The translations under genes were made by a program, and so were the position numbers. From NCBI GenBank assembly GCA_021731285.1, contig JAKFXR010000065.1:11531-75530 (forward strand): 64,000 nucleotides of DNA. The letters run 5' to 3'. Source of the stretch: Polaromonas sp. (GTDB lineage: Bacteria > Pseudomonadota > Gammaproteobacteria > Burkholderiales > Burkholderiaceae_C). Below, one piece after another: positions 44,919 to 55,252 of this stretch; within the stretch, counting starts at the first letter, position 1; every line of letters begins with the position of its first letter. Below the pieces are notes generated by a model. The model made no database searches. It was not told the origin of the DNA and saw nothing but the letters and a program-made list of their open reading frames with translations.

Positions 44919-46004
44919 CTAGTCAGGCGTGGACGGTGCGGCGGGCAGGTCGACAAAACGCGGGTCGACTTCTTCGGGTTCCTGCTCGCTTTTCTGAACC
45001 GACTTGACATGCTGATAGATGGTTTTGACCAGGTGTTCGCAGCCTTCGCGCGTCAGGGCCGATATTTCGAACACGGGCCCCTTGAACTTGAAGCGCTTGA
45101 CGAAATCCTTGACCAGTGCGGCGCGCTTGTCCGCGTCCACCATGTCCAGCTTGTTGAGCACCAGCCAGCGCGGCTTGTCGTACAGCGCTGCATCGTATTT
45201 TTTGAGCTCGCCCACAATGGCTTTGGCCTGCGCGACCGGGTCGACGCTGTCGTCAAACGGGGCCATGTCCACAATGTGCAGCAACAAGCGTGTGCGCTGA
45301 AGATGCCGCAAAAACAGGTGACCCAGTCCCGCGCCTTCTGAGGCGCCCTCGATCAGGCCGGGCAGGTCGGCAACCACAAAGCTCTGCTCCGGACCGACTC
45401 GCACCACACCGAGGTTGGGGTGCAAGGTGGTGAAAGGGTAGTCGGCAATCCTCGGGCGTGCGTTGGAAACGGCGGTGATGAAGGTGGACTTGCCGGCGTT
45501 GGGCATGCCCAGCAGGCCGACGTCGGCCAATACTTTCAACTCCAGCTTGAGACTTTTTCGTTCGCCAGGCCAGCCCGGTGTTTTGCTGCGCGGCGCGCGG
45601 TTGGTCGAGCTCTTGAAGCGCAGGTTGCCAAAGCCCCCGTCTCCACCCTTGGCGATCAGCACTTCCTCGCCCGGCACCAGAAGTTCAAAGAGAACCTCGC
45701 CGGTTTCGGCATCTGTCAGGATGGTCCCCACAGGCATTTTGAGGATGATGTCGTCGCCCTTGGCCCCAAACATGTCCGATCCCATGCCGTGCTCGCCGTT
45801 GCGTGCTTCGTGGCGGCGCGAGAAACGAAAATCCACGAGGGTGTTCAGGTTGACATCGGCCAGCGCATACACATGCCCGCCACGCCCGCCGTCGCCACCG
45901 TTGGGCCCGCCGAACTCTTTGTACTTTTCATGGCGGAAGGAGACGCAGCCACTCCCGCCATCGCCGGCGGCGATGTCAATGTAGGCTTCGTCAACAAATT
46001 TCAT
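44919..46004 (-). CDS. obgE: GTPase Obg/CgtA
   Basis: MKFVDE, Gly-rich Obg fold, [22 protein letters not shown]. Confidence 0.98.
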   Translation of the reverse strand: MKFVDEAYIDIAAGDGGSGCVSFRHEKYKEFGGPNGGDGGRGGHVYALADVNLNTLVDFRFSRRHEARNGEHGMGSDMFGAKGDDIILKMPVGTILTDAETGEVLFELLVPGEEVLIAKGGDGGFGNLRFKSSTNRAPRSKTPGWPGERKSLKLELKVLADVGLLGMPNAGKSTFITAVSNARPRIADYPFTTLHPNLGVVRVGPEQSFVVADLPGLIEGASEGAGLGHLFLRHLQRTRLLLHIVDMAPFDDSVDPVAQAKAIVGELKKYDAALYDKPRWLVLNKLDMVDADKRAALVKDFVKRFKFKGPVFEISALTREGCEHLVKTIYQHVKSVQKSEQEPEEVDPRFVDLPAAPSTPD

Positions 46005-46069
46005 GGTTTGTAAGGGTGTCCGGCAGTTGCCCGCCATCCCGGGAATAGTTTAAAGAAACAGACTCAAAC

Positions 46070-46095
46070 AAAAAAGCCCCGACCAAGCGGGGCTT
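46070..46095 (-). terminator. Intrinsic terminator after rpmA
   Basis: AAGCCCCG/CGGGGCTT stem with a U-tract on the minus strand. Confidence 0.8.
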
Positions 46096-46117
46096 CGATG
46101 CCATCGAAGTGATCAGC

Positions 46118-46375
46118 TTACGCCGGAGTCACATTGACGGTGTGCTTGTTCAGGGAGCCCTTGATTGCAAATGAGACCTGGCCATCGACCAGAGCAAACA
46201 ATGTGTGGTCCTTGCCAATGCCGACATTGACGCCCGGATGGAACTTGGTGCCACGCTGGCGCACGATGATGCTGCCTGCGTTGATCACTTCGCCGCCAAA
46301 CTTCTTGACGCCCAACATCTTGGGCTGCGAATCGCGCCCGTTTCGCGTAGAGCCGCCGCCTTTTTTCTGTGCCAT
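46118..46375 (-). CDS. rpmA: 50S ribosomal protein L27
   Basis: [16 protein letters not shown]. Confidence 0.99.
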   Translation of the reverse strand: MAQKKGGGSTRNGRDSQPKMLGVKKFGGEVINAGSIIVRQRGTKFHPGVNVGIGKDHTLFALVDGQVSFAIKGSLNKHTVNVTPA

Positions 46376-46401
46376 TTTTCGTTACTCCTGGTACTTGGCT
46401 G

Positions 46402-46713
46402 TCAGCCGACGATGGCGCCGATTTGCAGCTCAGTGAAGTTTTGCCGGTGTCCCTGGCGTTTTTGATAGTGCTTGCGACGGCGCATTTTGAAAATGCGCAC
46501 TTTGTCGTGCCTGCCGTGAGAAAGCACTGTGACTGTGACAGTAGCGCCGGACACCAAGGGCGTACCAACCGTGATCGTGCTGCCTTCTCCGACAGCCAAT
46601 ACCTGGTCAATAACGATCTCTTGGCCTACGTCCGCAGCAATCTGTTCTACTTTAATTTTTTCACCAGAAGCAACCTTGTATTGTTTGCCACCGGTTTTTA
46701 TGACCGCGTACAT
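46402..46713 (-). CDS. rplU: 50S ribosomal protein L21
   Basis: [14 protein letters not shown]...GHRQ. Confidence 0.99.
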   Translation of the reverse strand: MYAVIKTGGKQYKVASGEKIKVEQIAADVGQEIVIDQVLAVGEGSTITVGTPLVSGATVTVTVLSHGRHDKVRIFKMRRRKHYQKRQGHRQNFTELQIGAIVG

Positions 46714-46872
46714 GTAAGACCTCGTAATTTGAGTTCTGCGGACGGATTTCCACAGAGCCCTAGATTCTAGCATGTCGGGCCGTTTTGAGGTCAGGAAACG
46801 CCCGGACTGGCCCCGCTGCCCCATTCTGGCAGTGGCCTTCCTATAATCCCACCAACCTCTGTCTGGACCGTT

Positions 46873-47856
46873 TTGTCTGTCAATTCTTCTACTACCGCCG
46901 CCGCCCTCGCCCTGATTGCCGGGGATATGGAGGCCATGGATGCGGTGATCGGGCGCCGGCTCAGCTCGGAAGTGCCGCTGGTCAGCCAGGTGTCCCAATA
47001 CATCATTGCTGCTGGCGGCAAGCGTCTGAGACCCGCGCTTTTGCTGCTGATGTGTGGCGCTTTGGGCTACCGGGGCGATCAACGCTTCAATCTGGCAGCT
47101 GTGGTGGAATTCATACACACGGCCACCCTGCTTCACGACGATGTGGTCGATGAGTCCACCCTGCGCCGTGGCCGCGCCACCGCCAATGCGGCCTTCGGAA
47201 ACCCGGCCAGCGTGCTGGTGGGGGATTTCCTGTATTCCCGGGCTTTCCAGATGATGGTCGAAGCCGGTGACATGCGCATCATGCAAACCCTGGCAGAGGC
47301 CACCAATGTCATCGCGGAGGGCGAGGTGTTGCAGCTCATGAACATGCATGACGCCGGCCTGTCCGAAGAGGGCTATTTGCGTGTGATCCGCTCCAAGACG
47401 GCCAAGCTGTTTGAAGCCAGCGCCCGTCTGGCAGGACTACTTGCAGGTGTGCCCGAAAACATCGAGCATGCCTGCGCGGAGTACGGTCAGGCCCTGGGCA
47501 CTGCATTTCAGGTGGTGGATGATTTGCTGGACTATGACGGCGACGTCGCCGAAATGGGCAAAAACCTGGGGGATGACCTGCGCGAAGGCAAAGCCACACT
47601 GCCCCTGATCATCGCCATGCAGCGTGGTACGCCCGCCCAGCAGACAACCATACGCACCGCCATCGAAACCGGCGCTACGGAACAACTGGCCGAAATTGTT
47701 GCCATTGTCCGGCAGACCGGCGCCCTGCAGGCCACCCGCGATGCGGCGGCTGTCGAGGCGGGCCGCGCAGTGCGCGCGCTGAGCCTCATTGAACACAATC
47801 CCTACCGGGAGGCCTTGCTAGAATTGGCGTCTCAGTTGCTGCAGCGTCGCTCCTGA
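46873..47856 (+). CDS. ispB: Polyprenyl (octaprenyl) diphosphate synthase
   Basis: [24 protein letters not shown]; divergent from rplU. Confidence 0.95.
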   Translation: MSVNSSTTAAALALIAGDMEAMDAVIGRRLSSEVPLVSQVSQYIIAAGGKRLRPALLLLMCGALGYRGDQRFNLAAVVEFIHTATLLHDDVVDESTLRRGRATANAAFGNPASVLVGDFLYSRAFQMMVEAGDMRIMQTLAEATNVIAEGEVLQLMNMHDAGLSEEGYLRVIRSKTAKLFEASARLAGLLAGVPENIEHACAEYGQALGTAFQVVDDLLDYDGDVAEMGKNLGDDLREGKATLPLIIAMQRGTPAQQTTIRTAIETGATEQLAEIVAIVRQTGALQATRDAAAVEAGRAVRALSLIEHNPYREALLELASQLLQRRS

Positions 47857-47873
47857 CGCCTTGACCAGCACTT

Positions 47874-47950
47874 CGGGGTGTAGCTTAGCCTGGTAGAGCG
47901 CTACGTTCGGGACGTAGAGGCCGGAGGTTCGAATCCTCTCACCCCGACCA
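47874..47950 (+). tRNA. tRNA-Pro(CGG)
   Basis: 77-nt cloverleaf CGGGGTG...CACCCCGACCA; anticodon loop TT-CGG-GA. Confidence 0.97.
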
Positions 47951-48063
47951 CATCGCCCTGTCGGCACTTGCGGTTTGGCATGGCCGTTACAACCCGACCC
48001 GTTTTGCCTTGCATGATCCGGTCTATTGGCGATCTTTTGCATTTGAGGTAGATTCGCAGGACT

Positions 48064-49800
48064 ATGGCAGCTGTCGATACTGTGACCAATACGCCCGCTT
48101 CCGTGGCTTTGCCGGGACTGGGACGGGCATTGGTGATGGCCGGCAAACTGGGCCAAAAAGCCGCCGAAGACATCTTTAGAAAAGCCCAGAGCGGGCGCAC
48201 CAGCTTTATTGCCGAGTTGACCGGTTCCGGGGTGGTGTCCGCGTCGGACCTGGCGCACACCATGTCGTCGGCTTTTGCAGCGCCGCTGCTTGACCTGGAC
48301 GCCATAGATACCACCCGCTTGCCCAAAGGTCTGCTGGATACCAAGATCTGTCTGGCCTATCGCATCGTGGTGCTGAGCAAGCGCAGCAACCGCCTGATCG
48401 TGGCCACCGCGGACCCTTCGGACCAGCAGGCGGCTGAAAAGATCAAGTTCTCCACGCAGATGGGCGTGGACTGGGTGATCGCCGAATACGACAAGTTGAG
48501 CAAGCTGGTGGAGACGTCCACCACCACCGCCTCCGAGGCGATGGACAGCATCATTGGCGATGATTTTGAGTTCGACGAGTCGACCGCTGAAGCGGCCAGT
48601 GCCGACACCAACGATACAGGCGTCGCTGAAGTCGAGGACGCGCCGGTCGTCAAGTTTCTGCACAAGATGCTGCTGGATGCCTTCAGCATGAGGGCGTCCG
48701 ACCTGCATTTTGAGCCCTACGAGCACACCTACCGCGTCCGCTTCCGCATCGACGGAGAGTTGCGCGAGATAGCGTCGCCTCCTGTGGCCATCAAGGAAAA
48801 ACTCGCCTCGCGCATCAAGGTCATCTCGAAAATGGACATCTCCGAAAAGCGGGTGCCGCAGGACGGAAAGATGAAGCTGAAAATCGGTCCCGACCGGGTC
48901 ATCGACTTCCGCGTCAGCACGCTGCCCACCATGTTCGGCGAGAAAATCGTGATCCGGATCCTGGATCCCAGCAGCGCCAAGCTGGGTATCGATGCGCTGG
49001 GTTACGAGCCGGTGGAAAAAGAACGCCTTCTCAACGCCGTTCAACGGCCGTACGGCATGGTGCTGGTCACCGGGCCCACCGGCTCCGGCAAAACCGTGTC
49101 CCTCTATACCTGTCTGAACATCCTGAACAAGCCCGGGGTGAACATCGCCACGGCCGAGGATCCTGCCGAGATCAACCTGCCAGGTGTCAACCAGGTCAGC
49201 ATGAACGACAAGGCCGGGCTGACTTTTTCGGTGGCACTCAAAGCCTTTCTGCGCCAGGATCCGGACATCATCATGGTCGGCGAGATCCGGGATCTGGAAA
49301 CCGCAGAAATCTCCATCAAGGCTGCGCAAACCGGCCACCTGGTGTTGTCCACCCTGCACACCAATGATGCGCCGGCGACGCTGACCCGGCTGCGCAACAT
49401 GGGCATCGCCCCTTTCAATATTGCGTCCAGCGTGATCCTCATCACCGCGCAGCGCCTGGCTCGCCGTCTGTGTCCAAACTGCAAGGTGCCCGCGGACATA
49501 CCCAGCGAGACGCTGCTTGACGCAGGCTTCAAGGAGGAAGATGTCGATGGCTCGTGGACGCCGTTTCGACCCGTCGGGTGCTCCATGTGCAACAACGGGT
49601 ACAAAGGCCGCGTTGGCATCTATCAGGTCATGCCCATCACCGACGAAATCCAGCGCATCATCCTGCGCGACGGCAGCGCGCTGGATATTGCAGAGCAGGC
49701 CGAGCGCGAGGGGGTGAAGAGCCTGCGCGGCGCCGGTTTGCAAAAAGTTAAGATCGGGATGACCTCGCTGGAAGAGGTTTTGGGATGTACCAATGTTTAG
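48064..49800 (+). CDS. pilB: Type IV pilus assembly ATPase
   Basis: GPTGSGKT, LRQDPDIIMVGEIRD, two CxxC zinc motifs. Confidence 0.97.
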   Translation: MAAVDTVTNTPASVALPGLGRALVMAGKLGQKAAEDIFRKAQSGRTSFIAELTGSGVVSASDLAHTMSSAFAAPLLDLDAIDTTRLPKGLLDTKICLAYRIVVLSKRSNRLIVATADPSDQQAAEKIKFSTQMGVDWVIAEYDKLSKLVETSTTTASEAMDSIIGDDFEFDESTAEAASADTNDTGVAEVEDAPVVKFLHKMLLDAFSMRASDLHFEPYEHTYRVRFRIDGELREIASPPVAIKEKLASRIKVISKMDISEKRVPQDGKMKLKIGPDRVIDFRVSTLPTMFGEKIVIRILDPSSAKLGIDALGYEPVEKERLLNAVQRPYGMVLVTGPTGSGKTVSLYTCLNILNKPGVNIATAEDPAEINLPGVNQVSMNDKAGLTFSVALKAFLRQDPDIIMVGEIRDLETAEISIKAAQTGHLVLSTLHTNDAPATLTRLRNMGIAPFNIASSVILITAQRLARRLCPNCKVPADIPSETLLDAGFKEEDVDGSWTPFRPVGCSMCNNGYKGRVGIYQVMPITDEIQRIILRDGSALDIAEQAEREGVKSLRGAGLQKVKIGMTSLEEVLGCTNV

Positions 49801-49869
49801 ACGCAAGCCGGATTGCGCCCTGGCTGAAGGGTTCGCAGCGCAACGGTCACGGCAATAGCAAAAGGCACC

Positions 49870-51081
49870 ATGGCAACTGCAGCTACCGTCAAAGAATTCG
49901 TCTTCGAGTGGGAAGGCAAAGACCGCAATGGCAAACAGGTCCGCGGTGAAACCCGTGCCGTTGGCGAGAACCAGGTCAAGGCCTCGCTGCGCCGGCAGGG
50001 CGTGTTTCCTACCAAGATCAAGAAGCGCAGCATGCGCTCCGGCAAGGCCATCAAGCCGAAAGACATTGCCATTTTCACGCGCCAGCTGGCCACCATGATG
50101 AAGGCTGGCGTGCCTTTGCTGCAGGCTTTCGACATTGTCGGGCGGGGCAATTCCAATGCCAGCGTCACGAAACTGCTCAATGACGTACGCACGGACGTCG
50201 AAACCGGCACCTCCCTGAGTGCGGCCTTTCGCAAATACCCGCTGTACTTCAACGCCCTGTATTGCAACCTGGTGGAAGCCGGCGAGGCGGCCGGTATTCT
50301 CGAGGCGCTGCTTGACCGCCTGGCGGTGTACATGGAAAAAACCGAGGCGATCAAGTCCAAAATCAAGTCGGCCTTGATGTACCCCACCTCGGTGCTGGTG
50401 GTGGCGTTTGTGGTGGTGGCGGTGATCATGATTTTTGTCATACCCGCCTTCAAGGAGGTCTTCGCATCTTTCGGTGCCGACTTGCCTGCCCCCACTCTTT
50501 TTGTCATGGCCCTGAGCGAATACTTCGTTGCTTACTGGTGGCTGATTTTTGGCAGTATCGGCGGCAGCTTGTATTTCTTTTTTCAGGCGTGGAAACGCAA
50601 CGAAAAGATGCAGCGGTTCATGGACCGGCTGTTGCTGAAGGTTCCCATTTTTGGGGCCCTGATTGAAAAGTCGTGCATTGCCCGCTGGACCCGGACACTG
50701 TCCACCATGTTTGCCGCGGGTGTGCCCCTTGTCGAAGCGCTCGACTCGGTGGGCGGTGCGTCCGGCAATTCGCTTTACGCTGATGCGACAGTGAAAATCC
50801 AGCAGGAAGTTTCCACCGGCACCAGCCTCACCGCAGCGATGGGCAACGCCAACCTGTTCCCGACCATGGTGCTTCAGATGTGCGCTATCGGTGAAGAGTC
50901 TGGCTCGGTGGACCACATGCTTGGAAAAGCTGCGGACTTTTACGAGGCTGAGGTTGATGAAATGGTCGCCGGCCTTTCGAGCCTGATGGAGCCCATCATC
51001 ATCGTATTTCTGGGTACCCTGATCGGCGGCATTGTTGTTGCCATGTACCTGCCCATTTTCAAGATGGGTCAAGTGGTTTGA
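49870..51081 (+). CDS. pilC: Type IV pilus platform protein
   Basis: FTRQLATMMKAGVPL, GEESG; GspF-type duplication. Confidence 0.96.
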   Translation: MATAATVKEFVFEWEGKDRNGKQVRGETRAVGENQVKASLRRQGVFPTKIKKRSMRSGKAIKPKDIAIFTRQLATMMKAGVPLLQAFDIVGRGNSNASVTKLLNDVRTDVETGTSLSAAFRKYPLYFNALYCNLVEAGEAAGILEALLDRLAVYMEKTEAIKSKIKSALMYPTSVLVVAFVVVAVIMIFVIPAFKEVFASFGADLPAPTLFVMALSEYFVAYWWLIFGSIGGSLYFFFQAWKRNEKMQRFMDRLLLKVPIFGALIEKSCIARWTRTLSTMFAAGVPLVEALDSVGGASGNSLYADATVKIQQEVSTGTSLTAAMGNANLFPTMVLQMCAIGEESGSVDHMLGKAADFYEAEVDEMVAGLSSLMEPIIIVFLGTLIGGIVVAMYLPIFKMGQVV

Positions 51082-51941
51082 TCTCCGAGTTGGCGCTCGG
51101 CCTGCCTTCTGGATTCCATGCCCCTTTGGCTGGCCTTCTTGGCCTGCTCGTCGGCAGCTTCCTCAACGTCGTCATTTACCGGCTGCCGAAAATGATGGAG
51201 CGTCAGTGGGCGGCCGAATGTGCCGAGCTGGCAGGGCAGGAAGCGCCGGCTGCGGAAAAATTCAATCTGATGGTTCCACGTTCGCGTTGCTCGAGCTGCG
51301 GGCATGTGATCGCCTGGTACGAAAACATTCCGGTCCTGAGCTACCTGTTCCTGCGGGGGAAATGTTCTGTTTGTGGCACGCGCTTCGGATGGCGTTATCC
51401 CGTGGTTGAGCTGGCAACGGGCGCCCTGTTCTTTTTTTGCGTGTGGCGCTGGGGCCTGACGCCCATCGGGATGGCCTGGAGCGGGTTTGCGGCGGCTCTC
51501 CTGGCTTTGGCGCTGATCGACTGGGACACCACGCTGCTGCCCGATGACATCAATTTTCCGTTGCTCTGGGCGGGACTGATTGTGGCCGCGCTGGGCTGGA
51601 ATCCCATGACCAGCCTGACCCAGGCGCTGTGGGGCGCGGTAGCCGGCTACCTGTCGCTGTGGCTGGTGTATTGGGCCTTCAAGCTGGTGACCGGAAAAGA
51701 GGGCATGGGTTATGGCGACTTCAAACTGTTTGCGGCATTGGGCGCCTGGTTTGGCTGGTCTGCACTTGTGCCCATCATCCTCATGGCCTCGGTGATAGGC
51801 GCCATCGTGGGCATTGCGATGAAATTTTCCTCGGGATTGCGCGAAGGCGGTTACGTGCCTTTCGGCCCCTTTCTGGCGGGTGCCGGTTTGACCGCCATGG
51901 TCTTCGGGCCCCAATCCATTCTGCGTTTCGCCGGACTTTAG
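51078..51941 (+). CDS. pilD: Prepilin peptidase
   Basis: GSFLNVVIYRLP, two CxxC, GMGYGDFKL, PFGPFL. Confidence 0.97.
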   Translation: MISELALGLPSGFHAPLAGLLGLLVGSFLNVVIYRLPKMMERQWAAECAELAGQEAPAAEKFNLMVPRSRCSSCGHVIAWYENIPVLSYLFLRGKCSVCGTRFGWRYPVVELATGALFFFCVWRWGLTPIGMAWSGFAAALLALALIDWDTTLLPDDINFPLLWAGLIVAALGWNPMTSLTQALWGAVAGYLSLWLVYWAFKLVTGKEGMGYGDFKLFAALGAWFGWSALVPIILMASVIGAIVGIAMKFSSGLREGGYVPFGPFLAGAGLTAMVFGPQSILRFAGL

Positions 51942-51946
51942 GCCTG

Positions 51947-52546
51947 ATGCCTGCGCTGCGAGTCGGGTTGACGGGCGGCATAGGCAGCGGAAAAAGCACC
52001 GTGGCCGCCCTGCTGGCCGACTGTGGCGCCGTCGTTATCGACGCTGACGCGATCGCGCGGCAGGTCACTGCCCCGGGCGGTGCCGCCATTGCGCTGGTTG
52101 CGGCGCAATTCGGCAAACACTTGATCACATCCGAAGGCGCGATGGATCGCGTGCTGATGCGCCAGCTCGCGTTCAGCGATCCCCTGGTCAAACAACAGCT
52201 GGAAGCCATTGTTCATCCCCTGGTGAGCGCCGAAACCGCGCGACTGGCAGCCCAGGCAGACACCGCTTGTCTCGTATTTGATGTGCCCTTGCTTGTGGAA
52301 TCCGGGCGCTGGCGGCAGCAGCTTGATCAGGTACTGGTGGTCGATTGCAGCGAAGAGTCACAGATCAGCAGGGTGATGGCGCGCAATGGCTGGACACGCG
52401 AAGCGGTGCAGCAGGTCATGGCCGCACAAGCCAGCCGCAGCCAGCGGCTGGCCAGCGCCGATATCTGCATCTACAACGACGGCCCCCTGTCGCTGGCTGC
52501 GCTGGCGGTGGAAGTGCGACAACTGGCGCGACGCTTCGGGCTATGA
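51947..52546 (+). CDS. coaE: Dephospho-CoA kinase
   Basis: GLTGGIGSGKST, IDAD, DVPLLVE. Confidence 0.97.
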   Translation: MPALRVGLTGGIGSGKSTVAALLADCGAVVIDADAIARQVTAPGGAAIALVAAQFGKHLITSEGAMDRVLMRQLAFSDPLVKQQLEAIVHPLVSAETARLAAQADTACLVFDVPLLVESGRWRQQLDQVLVVDCSEESQISRVMARNGWTREAVQQVMAAQASRSQRLASADICIYNDGPLSLAALAVEVRQLARRFGL

Positions 52547-52582
52547 TGCGCAGACAAATAACCAGCTGAAAAAGATACCGCA

Positions 52583-53338
52583 GTGATTCTTTACGAGTAT
52601 CCCTTCAACGAACGCATTCGCACCTATTTGAGGCTTGAGCACCTGTTTGGCCGGCTTGGTGAACTGGCCCTTCGGGACAGCCCGACCGACCATCACTTTG
52701 CGATCACCACCATTTTCGAGGTGATGGATGTCGCAGCCCGGGCTGATCTGAAGACCGATGTGCTCAAGGATCTGGACAAGCAAAAGCATGTGCTAAACGG
52801 TTACCGCGGTAACCCCGCGATTTCAGAGACGGTGCTCGACGAGGTGACGTCCCAGCTTGACGAGTGTTTTGCGGCCCTGACCGGCCTGCCCGGAAAGGCC
52901 GGTCAGTCCCTGACTGAAAACGACTGGCTCATGAGCATTCGCAGCCGGATCGGTATTCCCGGTGGAACCTGTGAGTTTGATTTGCCAGCCTATTTTGCGT
53001 GGCAGCACTTTGATGCGCAGACGCGAAAAAGTGACTTGCAGCGCTGGATTGCCACTCTGGTGCCGCTGGCCGAGTCCATCCGGGTGTTGCTCAAGCTGGT
53101 GCGCGATTCCGGTCTGCCGCAAAAAGTGGTCGCCGCCGGGGGGCAGTACCAGCAGAACCTGCCTCAGGGCCGCACCTTTCAGCTGCTGCGCCTGCGCATT
53201 GACACCGCATTGGGCCTGATCCCGGAAATCAGCGGCAACCGCCTCATGACCTCCGTGCGCCTGATGCGCCATGAGAGTGACGACAGGTTGCACCCCAGCG
53301 CCGAAGATGCCGCTTTTGAGCTGACCTTGTGCTCCTGA
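52583..53338 (+). CDS. zapD: Cell division protein ZapD
   Basis: YEYPFNERIRTYLRLE, IPGGTCEFDLP. Confidence 0.96.
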   Translation: MILYEYPFNERIRTYLRLEHLFGRLGELALRDSPTDHHFAITTIFEVMDVAARADLKTDVLKDLDKQKHVLNGYRGNPAISETVLDEVTSQLDECFAALTGLPGKAGQSLTENDWLMSIRSRIGIPGGTCEFDLPAYFAWQHFDAQTRKSDLQRWIATLVPLAESIRVLLKLVRDSGLPQKVVAAGGQYQQNLPQGRTFQLLRLRIDTALGLIPEISGNRLMTSVRLMRHESDDRLHPSAEDAAFELTLCS

Positions 53339-53344
53339 CAGCCC

Positions 53345-53551
53345 ATGGATCGCAGCCCCTCCCCGCCCAAAATGGTGGTTTGCCCCACCTGCCACGGCCC
53401 CAGCCCGTATTCGCCGGACAACCGTTTCCGGCCGTTTTGCAGCGAGCGTTGCAAGAATGTGGATCTTGGCGCCTGGGCCAGTGAGGGTTTTCGCATGCCG
53501 GCCGATGCGCCGCCGGACGATCAGGTTTATGGCGACGCCAAGCTGCAATAA
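53345..53551 (+). CDS. yacG: DNA gyrase inhibitor YacG
   Basis: CPTC...RPFCSERC...DLGAWA. Confidence 0.95.
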   Translation: MDRSPSPPKMVVCPTCHGPSPYSPDNRFRPFCSERCKNVDLGAWASEGFRMPADAPPDDQVYGDAKLQ

Positions 53552-53593
53552 ACCGCTTAGAGAAGGGTTAATTCAAGCAAGAAGGGGGAAGAC

Positions 53594-53842
53594 ATGATGC
53601 ATGCAGAGACAGGCAGGTGGGTGCGGGTGTTGCTGACGGCAGTCAGCGTGTTGCTTGGTTCCACCGCCGCGCCGGCCTTGGCGGCGACGGAAAAAAGCAA
53701 AAAATCCGCGGCACCCCGGGAGAGTAAAAGTGTCAAATTCATGCCCGGTTCTCAGGAAAGCCCGAAGGAGCGGACGGCACGCCTCAAACGCGAATGCAAG
53801 GGCCAGGTCAATGCAGGAGCCTGCGAAGGGCATACCCGCTGA
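53594..53842 (+). CDS. Small exported hypothetical protein
   Basis: GGGGGA RBS, signal peptide ending ALA, basic mature region with two Cys. Confidence 0.65.
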   Translation: MMHAETGRWVRVLLTAVSVLLGSTAAPALAATEKSKKSAAPRESKSVKFMPGSQESPKERTARLKRECKGQVNAGACEGHTR

Positions 53843-53865
53843 GCGCAGGTGTGCCGCAGCAAACT

Positions 53866-54186
53866 TCAGGCTGCGGTGGTGCCCAAAATCTGCTGCAACT
53901 CGCCGTTCTGGTACATCTCCATCATGATGTCCGAACCGCCAACAAACTCGCCTTTGACGTAAAGCTGGGGAATCGTTGGCCAGTTGCTGTATTCCTTGAT
54001 GCCGTGACGGATTTCTTCGTCTTCCAGCACATTCACGGTCTCGGGCTTGTTCACGCCGCACGCCTTGAGCACCTGGATGGCGCGGCCTGAGAAACCGCAC
54101 ATCGGGAACTGGGCCGTGCCCTTCATGAAAAGCACCACGTCACTGGATTTGACGATCTGGTCAATGCGTTGCTGGGTATCGCTCAT
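53866..54186 (-). CDS. grxD: Monothiol glutaredoxin Grx4
   Basis: CGFS motif, WPTIPQLY. Confidence 0.97.
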   Translation of the reverse strand: MSDTQQRIDQIVKSSDVVLFMKGTAQFPMCGFSGRAIQVLKACGVNKPETVNVLEDEEIRHGIKEYSNWPTIPQLYVKGEFVGGSDIMMEMYQNGELQQILGTTAA

Positions 54187-54283
54187 TTCGGGTCCTTTGG
54201 GGTGGGGTCATGCCACGGCCTGTGCTGCTGGAGGGCCATGACTTTCAATAAGTGGCGTTGAAACCTGGAAAATCCAGTCCCGA

Positions 54284-55153
54284 TTATCCTGCGGTTTGCG
54301 CTTGCGGTCTGTACGGCCCCGGATAACGCCCACCCGAGCACCGGTTGATGCCCGCCAGGTCGTTTCGGCTTTGCACCTCTTCGAAACCGTTTTGACGCAG
54401 CAACTGGCACACCGCCCGCGCCTGGTCATAACCGTGCTCCAGCAACAGCCACGACCCGGGATGCAAGTGGTCGGGAGCGCGCTCAATGATCTGCCGAATG
54501 TCCGCCAAACCGTCGGATCCTGCAACCAGCGCAGTCAGGGGCTCATGCTTCAAAGCGCTCAAGTGTGGATCAGCATCGGCGACATAAGGCGGATTGCTTG
54601 CAATCAGGTGAAAGTGTTTGCTTACATTTGAAAACCAGTTGCTTTCGACAAAGTGAATGTCCAGCAGGTGCTGCGCGGCATTGGCGCGGGCCACGGCCAG
54701 GGCGTCCTGGCTGGCATCCACTGCCGTGACTTCCAGCGCGGGCCTGCTTTTTTTCAGGGCAAGGGCGATAGCCCCACTGCCGGTTCCGAGATCCAGCACC
54801 CGTGCGGAGGAAGGCAAGGATGCTTCTGCCAGACATTGCAGCGCCCAGTCGACCAGGGTTTCGGTGTCAGGTCTTGGAACCAGCACACGCGCATCGACCG
54901 ACAACTTCAAGCCAAAAAACTCCTGGCTGCCGACGATATAGGCCAGAGGTTCGCCACCAGCGCGGCGCAGACACAGTTGCTGGTAGGTCCGTGCCACGTC
55001 ACCGGGCAATGCGTCCTGGTCATGCGACGTCAGCCAGGCCCGGTCGCTGGCGGGCTTGGCCATCGCGTGCAGCAGCAGCAACTGGGCGTCCAGGCGCTCC
55101 AGCCCGAGGGCCCGGGCCGCGGACAGGGCTTGGGTGCAGGTGAGGGCGGTCAA
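54284..55153 (-). CDS. prmC: Release factor glutamine methyltransferase
   Basis: PRPDTE, DLGTGSG, NPPY; TTG start uncertain. Confidence 0.95.
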   Translation of the reverse strand: MTALTCTQALSAARALGLERLDAQLLLLHAMAKPASDRAWLTSHDQDALPGDVARTYQQLCLRRAGGEPLAYIVGSQEFFGLKLSVDARVLVPRPDTETLVDWALQCLAEASLPSSARVLDLGTGSGAIALALKKSRPALEVTAVDASQDALAVARANAAQHLLDIHFVESNWFSNVSKHFHLIASNPPYVADADPHLSALKHEPLTALVAGSDGLADIRQIIERAPDHLHPGSWLLLEHGYDQARAVCQLLRQNGFEEVQSRNDLAGINRCSGGRYPGPYRPQAQTAG

Positions 55154-55179
55154 GAGCGAGGTCCGAAAGCACCCACATT

Positions 55180-55233
55180 GCTATTAAATAAATAGCAAAC
55201 TATTGTTGTCACCAAAGGGCAGGTCGGCGATTT
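55180..55233 (+). repeat. 54-bp motif, copy 11 (prfA-prmC)
   Basis: TTGCTAT-taaataa-ATAGCAA; N18-AAGGGC-N9-ATTT. Confidence 0.92.
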
Positions 55234-55252
55234 CATTGCATATCAACGTGTT

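Noticed and set aside
47818-51072. 1084-aa minus-strand ORF (and similar long ORFs at 34361-36391, 28420-30573, 9762-11093)
   Set aside because: Antisense shadows of pilBC, secA, petAB and neighbouring genes. High-GC codon bias removes stops on the opposite strand, no recognisable motifs are present, and this one also crosses a tRNA.
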